Of a stretch of DNA of 27,430 nt, positions 25,605 through 27,430 are shown in pieces; position 1 is the first letter of the stretch; every line of letters begins with the position of its first letter. This DNA comes from Vulcanimicrobiota bacterium. Lineage in GTDB: Bacteria; Vulcanimicrobiota; Vulcanimicrobiia; Vulcanimicrobiales; Vulcanimicrobiaceae. Position numbers and translations under genes: made by a program. The notes beneath the pieces were generated by a model. It made no database searches and was not told the DNA's origin. It was given only the letters and a program-made list of their open reading frames with translations. The stretch is taken from NCBI GenBank assembly GCA_003135555.1, contig PLCF01000058.1, positions 1 through 27,430 on the forward strand, written 5' to 3'.

Positions 25605-26642
25605 TTATGCCTCCACGCGGCGCCATTGTACGAGCGCCAACACCACGTACACGATCGCGAGGCCGGCGAGCGCGGAGAGTGCGCCCGATGCCGAGCGCGC
25701 CAGGCTCACCACCGCGTCGGGGCTCTGGAACCACACGTAGGTGATGGGATCGATGTAGCTCAGCGCGCCCGAGATCGCGTGGACGACCTGCGCGACCGGC
25801 CAGGATGATCTTTGGGTGTTCCCGGCCAGCACCGGCGTGACGATCGCGACGACCAACGCGATCCCGATCGTCGCACCCGGTCCGCGTTTGAGCGACGTGC
25901 TCAGCGCCGTCACGCACGCGTACCACGCGATCGGCCCAACGAGGGCGAGGCCGATTTGCAGCGCCGCGTCCGACTCCACCCTAACGTGGGGCAGCGCCCA
26001 CAGCGCCGAGCCCAGCACGAGCGCGAGCAGCGCCGCCCCTTGCGACACCAGCATCGTCACGACGTCGACGAGCACCGCGGCCGACGCGTAGACCTCACGC
26101 GACACCGGCTTCGTCCACGCGAGCTCGAGATGCCCGTTGTTCTCCTTGGAGAGCGGCCCTCCGAGCAGCGTCGCGACCAGCAGCCCGATCGGTACCGTGA
26201 TCGAAAACAGCATCCCCAGCCAAAGTTCGTTGCCGGGGTTGACGACCGTCATCGTCGTCGACTCTCGATGCTGCGGGGAACTCGGGTTTACCGCATGGTC
26301 CTCGCCTCGGGAATGCGTGCCGAAAGTCGACGTAGTCGTCGTCGTCGCGGACCCACTGGGTACCGTCACGCGCATGGTCGTCGAGTCCCCATGCCGGACG
26401 ATCACCGCGTGTACGCCGCTCTTGGTGTCGTCCACGACGGTCTGCAGACCACCGTCGGGCAGGCGCGTTCGCTTGATATGGGCCGTTGGTGAGCGCTCGA
26501 TCGCCGCTGCCCAGTCTTGCTCGAACGGTCCGTGCGGGAACGAAAGGCGGAACAGGATGCCGGCGAGCAGTCCCAGCGCCAGCAGGATGCCGACGACGCG
26601 CAGCGCGCGCAGCGCGCGCAAGAGCTCGATGTAGTAGAACAT
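25605..26642 (-). CDS. ABC exporter permease
   Basis: Multi-TM protein with an extracytoplasmic loop and ENNGHLELAWTKPVSR; overlaps the ATPase stop. Confidence 0.8.
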   Translation of the reverse strand: MFYYIELLRALRALRVVGILLALGLLAGILFRLSFPHGPFEQDWAAAIERSPTAHIKRTRLPDGGLQTVVDDTKSGVHAVIVRHGDSTTMRVTVPSGSATTTTTSTFGTHSRGEDHAVNPSSPQHRESTTMTVVNPGNELWLGMLFSITVPIGLLVATLLGGPLSKENNGHLELAWTKPVSREVYASAAVLVDVVTMLVSQGAALLALVLGSALWALPHVRVESDAALQIGLALVGPIAWYACVTALSTSLKRGPGATIGIALVVAIVTPVLAGNTQRSSWPVAQVVHAISGALSYIDPITYVWFQSPDAVVSLARSASGALSALAGLAIVYVVLALVQWRRVEA

Positions 26643-27430
26643 CAGACGCGCTCCACGACGTCGGCCGTCACCCCGGCCGGGTCGACGGCGTTGACGAAGA
26701 TGTCTTCGAGGTTCAGATCCACGACGCGCACGCTTTGGGCACCCGCCGCCGAGAGCTGTTGCGCGATGGAGTCGCTGTCGGCGCTGACCGTGAGGCGCAC
26801 GATGCGTCCGGTCTGCTCGACGCGTGATACCCGGTGGTCCACGCCCAGGCCGCCCAGCGCGACCGCTTCCGACTCAAAGATGGCCTCGACGATCTTCGAC
26901 CCCGCTTTGAGGTCGTCGACCGGCCCGGTGAGCACGACCTTGCCGTGCTGGAGGATCGCGATGTGGTCGGCGGCGCGCTCGACCTGTCCGATCTGATGTG
27001 AGGAGAACAGGATCGTCTTCCCGCGCGCCGCCGCTTCGATGATGAGCTTGAGCACCGCCCGCGCGTTGAGCGGATCGAGTCCGCTTGTCGGCTCGTCCAG
27101 GATCATGATCTCCGGGTCGATCGAGAACGCGAGGACGACCGACAGCGCGGTGCGCAACCCTTTGGACAGGCTGCCCACGCGCTTGCGCGGGTCCAACGCG
27201 AAGAGGTCCATGAGTTGCTTGGCGCGGCCGGCGTCGAAGCGCGAAAAGGCGCGGCGCTGCATCTCCACGTGATCGCCGGCGCGCAGCCACTCGTAGAGGA
27301 CCGAGCGCTCGGCCACGTAGGCGATGTTTTGGAACGCCGCCGGCGCGAGCACGGCGCCGTCGAAGCGCGTCCTCCCCGACGTCGGCCTCGCGAGGCCGAG
27401 CATGCATTTGAACGTCGTCGTCTTGCCGGC
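26642..27430 (-). CDS. ABC transporter ATP-binding protein, 5' end outside the window
   Basis: AGKTT (Walker A end) at the window edge, LSKG signature, ILDEPTSGLD and SSH. Confidence 0.92.
   Translation of the reverse strand, partial: AGKTTTFKCMLGLARPTSGRTRFDGAVLAPAAFQNIAYVAERSVLYEWLRAGDHVEMQRRAFSRFDAGRAKQLMDLFALDPRKRVGSLSKGLRTALSVVLAFSIDPEIMILDEPTSGLDPLNARAVLKLIIEAAARGKTILFSSHQIGQVERAADHIAILQHGKVVLTGPVDDLKAGSKIVEAIFESEAVALGGLGVDHRVSRVEQTGRIVRLTVSADSDSIAQQLSAAGAQSVRVVDLNLEDIFVNAVDPAGVTADVVERV

Noticed and set aside
1..27430. CRISPR array or cas genes
   Set aside because: No regularly spaced 25-40 bp repeats and no Cas motifs seen.

Overview
High-GC bacterial window with three parts. (1) 1-7867 looks like the right-hand end of a genomic island. 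It carries a DUF262/GmrSD-N plus HEPN gene pair, an HNH nuclease, a retropepsin-like protease and small ORFs. It ends in an att-rich junction with a 3' half of tRNA-Ile, phased short repeats and a 3' fragment of tRNA-Gly. (2) The backbone has two serine hydrolases, a PD-(D/E)XK endonuclease whose stop codon lies inside tRNA-Thr(GGT), fahA, an atypical tRNA-Arg(CCT), a GGDEF protein, rpmG-tRNA-Trp-secE-nusG, MntP-like and NRAMP transporters and an ABC exporter. (3) A complete 4531-bp cargo-carrying IS1-family element spans 16124-20654, with 16-bp terminal inverted repeats and a perfect 9-bp target duplication (CACGCCGCG). It carries a small basic protein, an irregular Ser-like tRNA with an 8-nt anticodon loop, a hypothetical plus XRE-ImmA/IrrE operon, the transposase, a signal-less trypsin-like protease with a Lys-rich tail, and two further candidate structured non-coding segments. 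That element and the nuclease/tRNA-Thr overlap are the strongest candidates for undescribed biology. All family calls come from motif reading and recall, not database searches.
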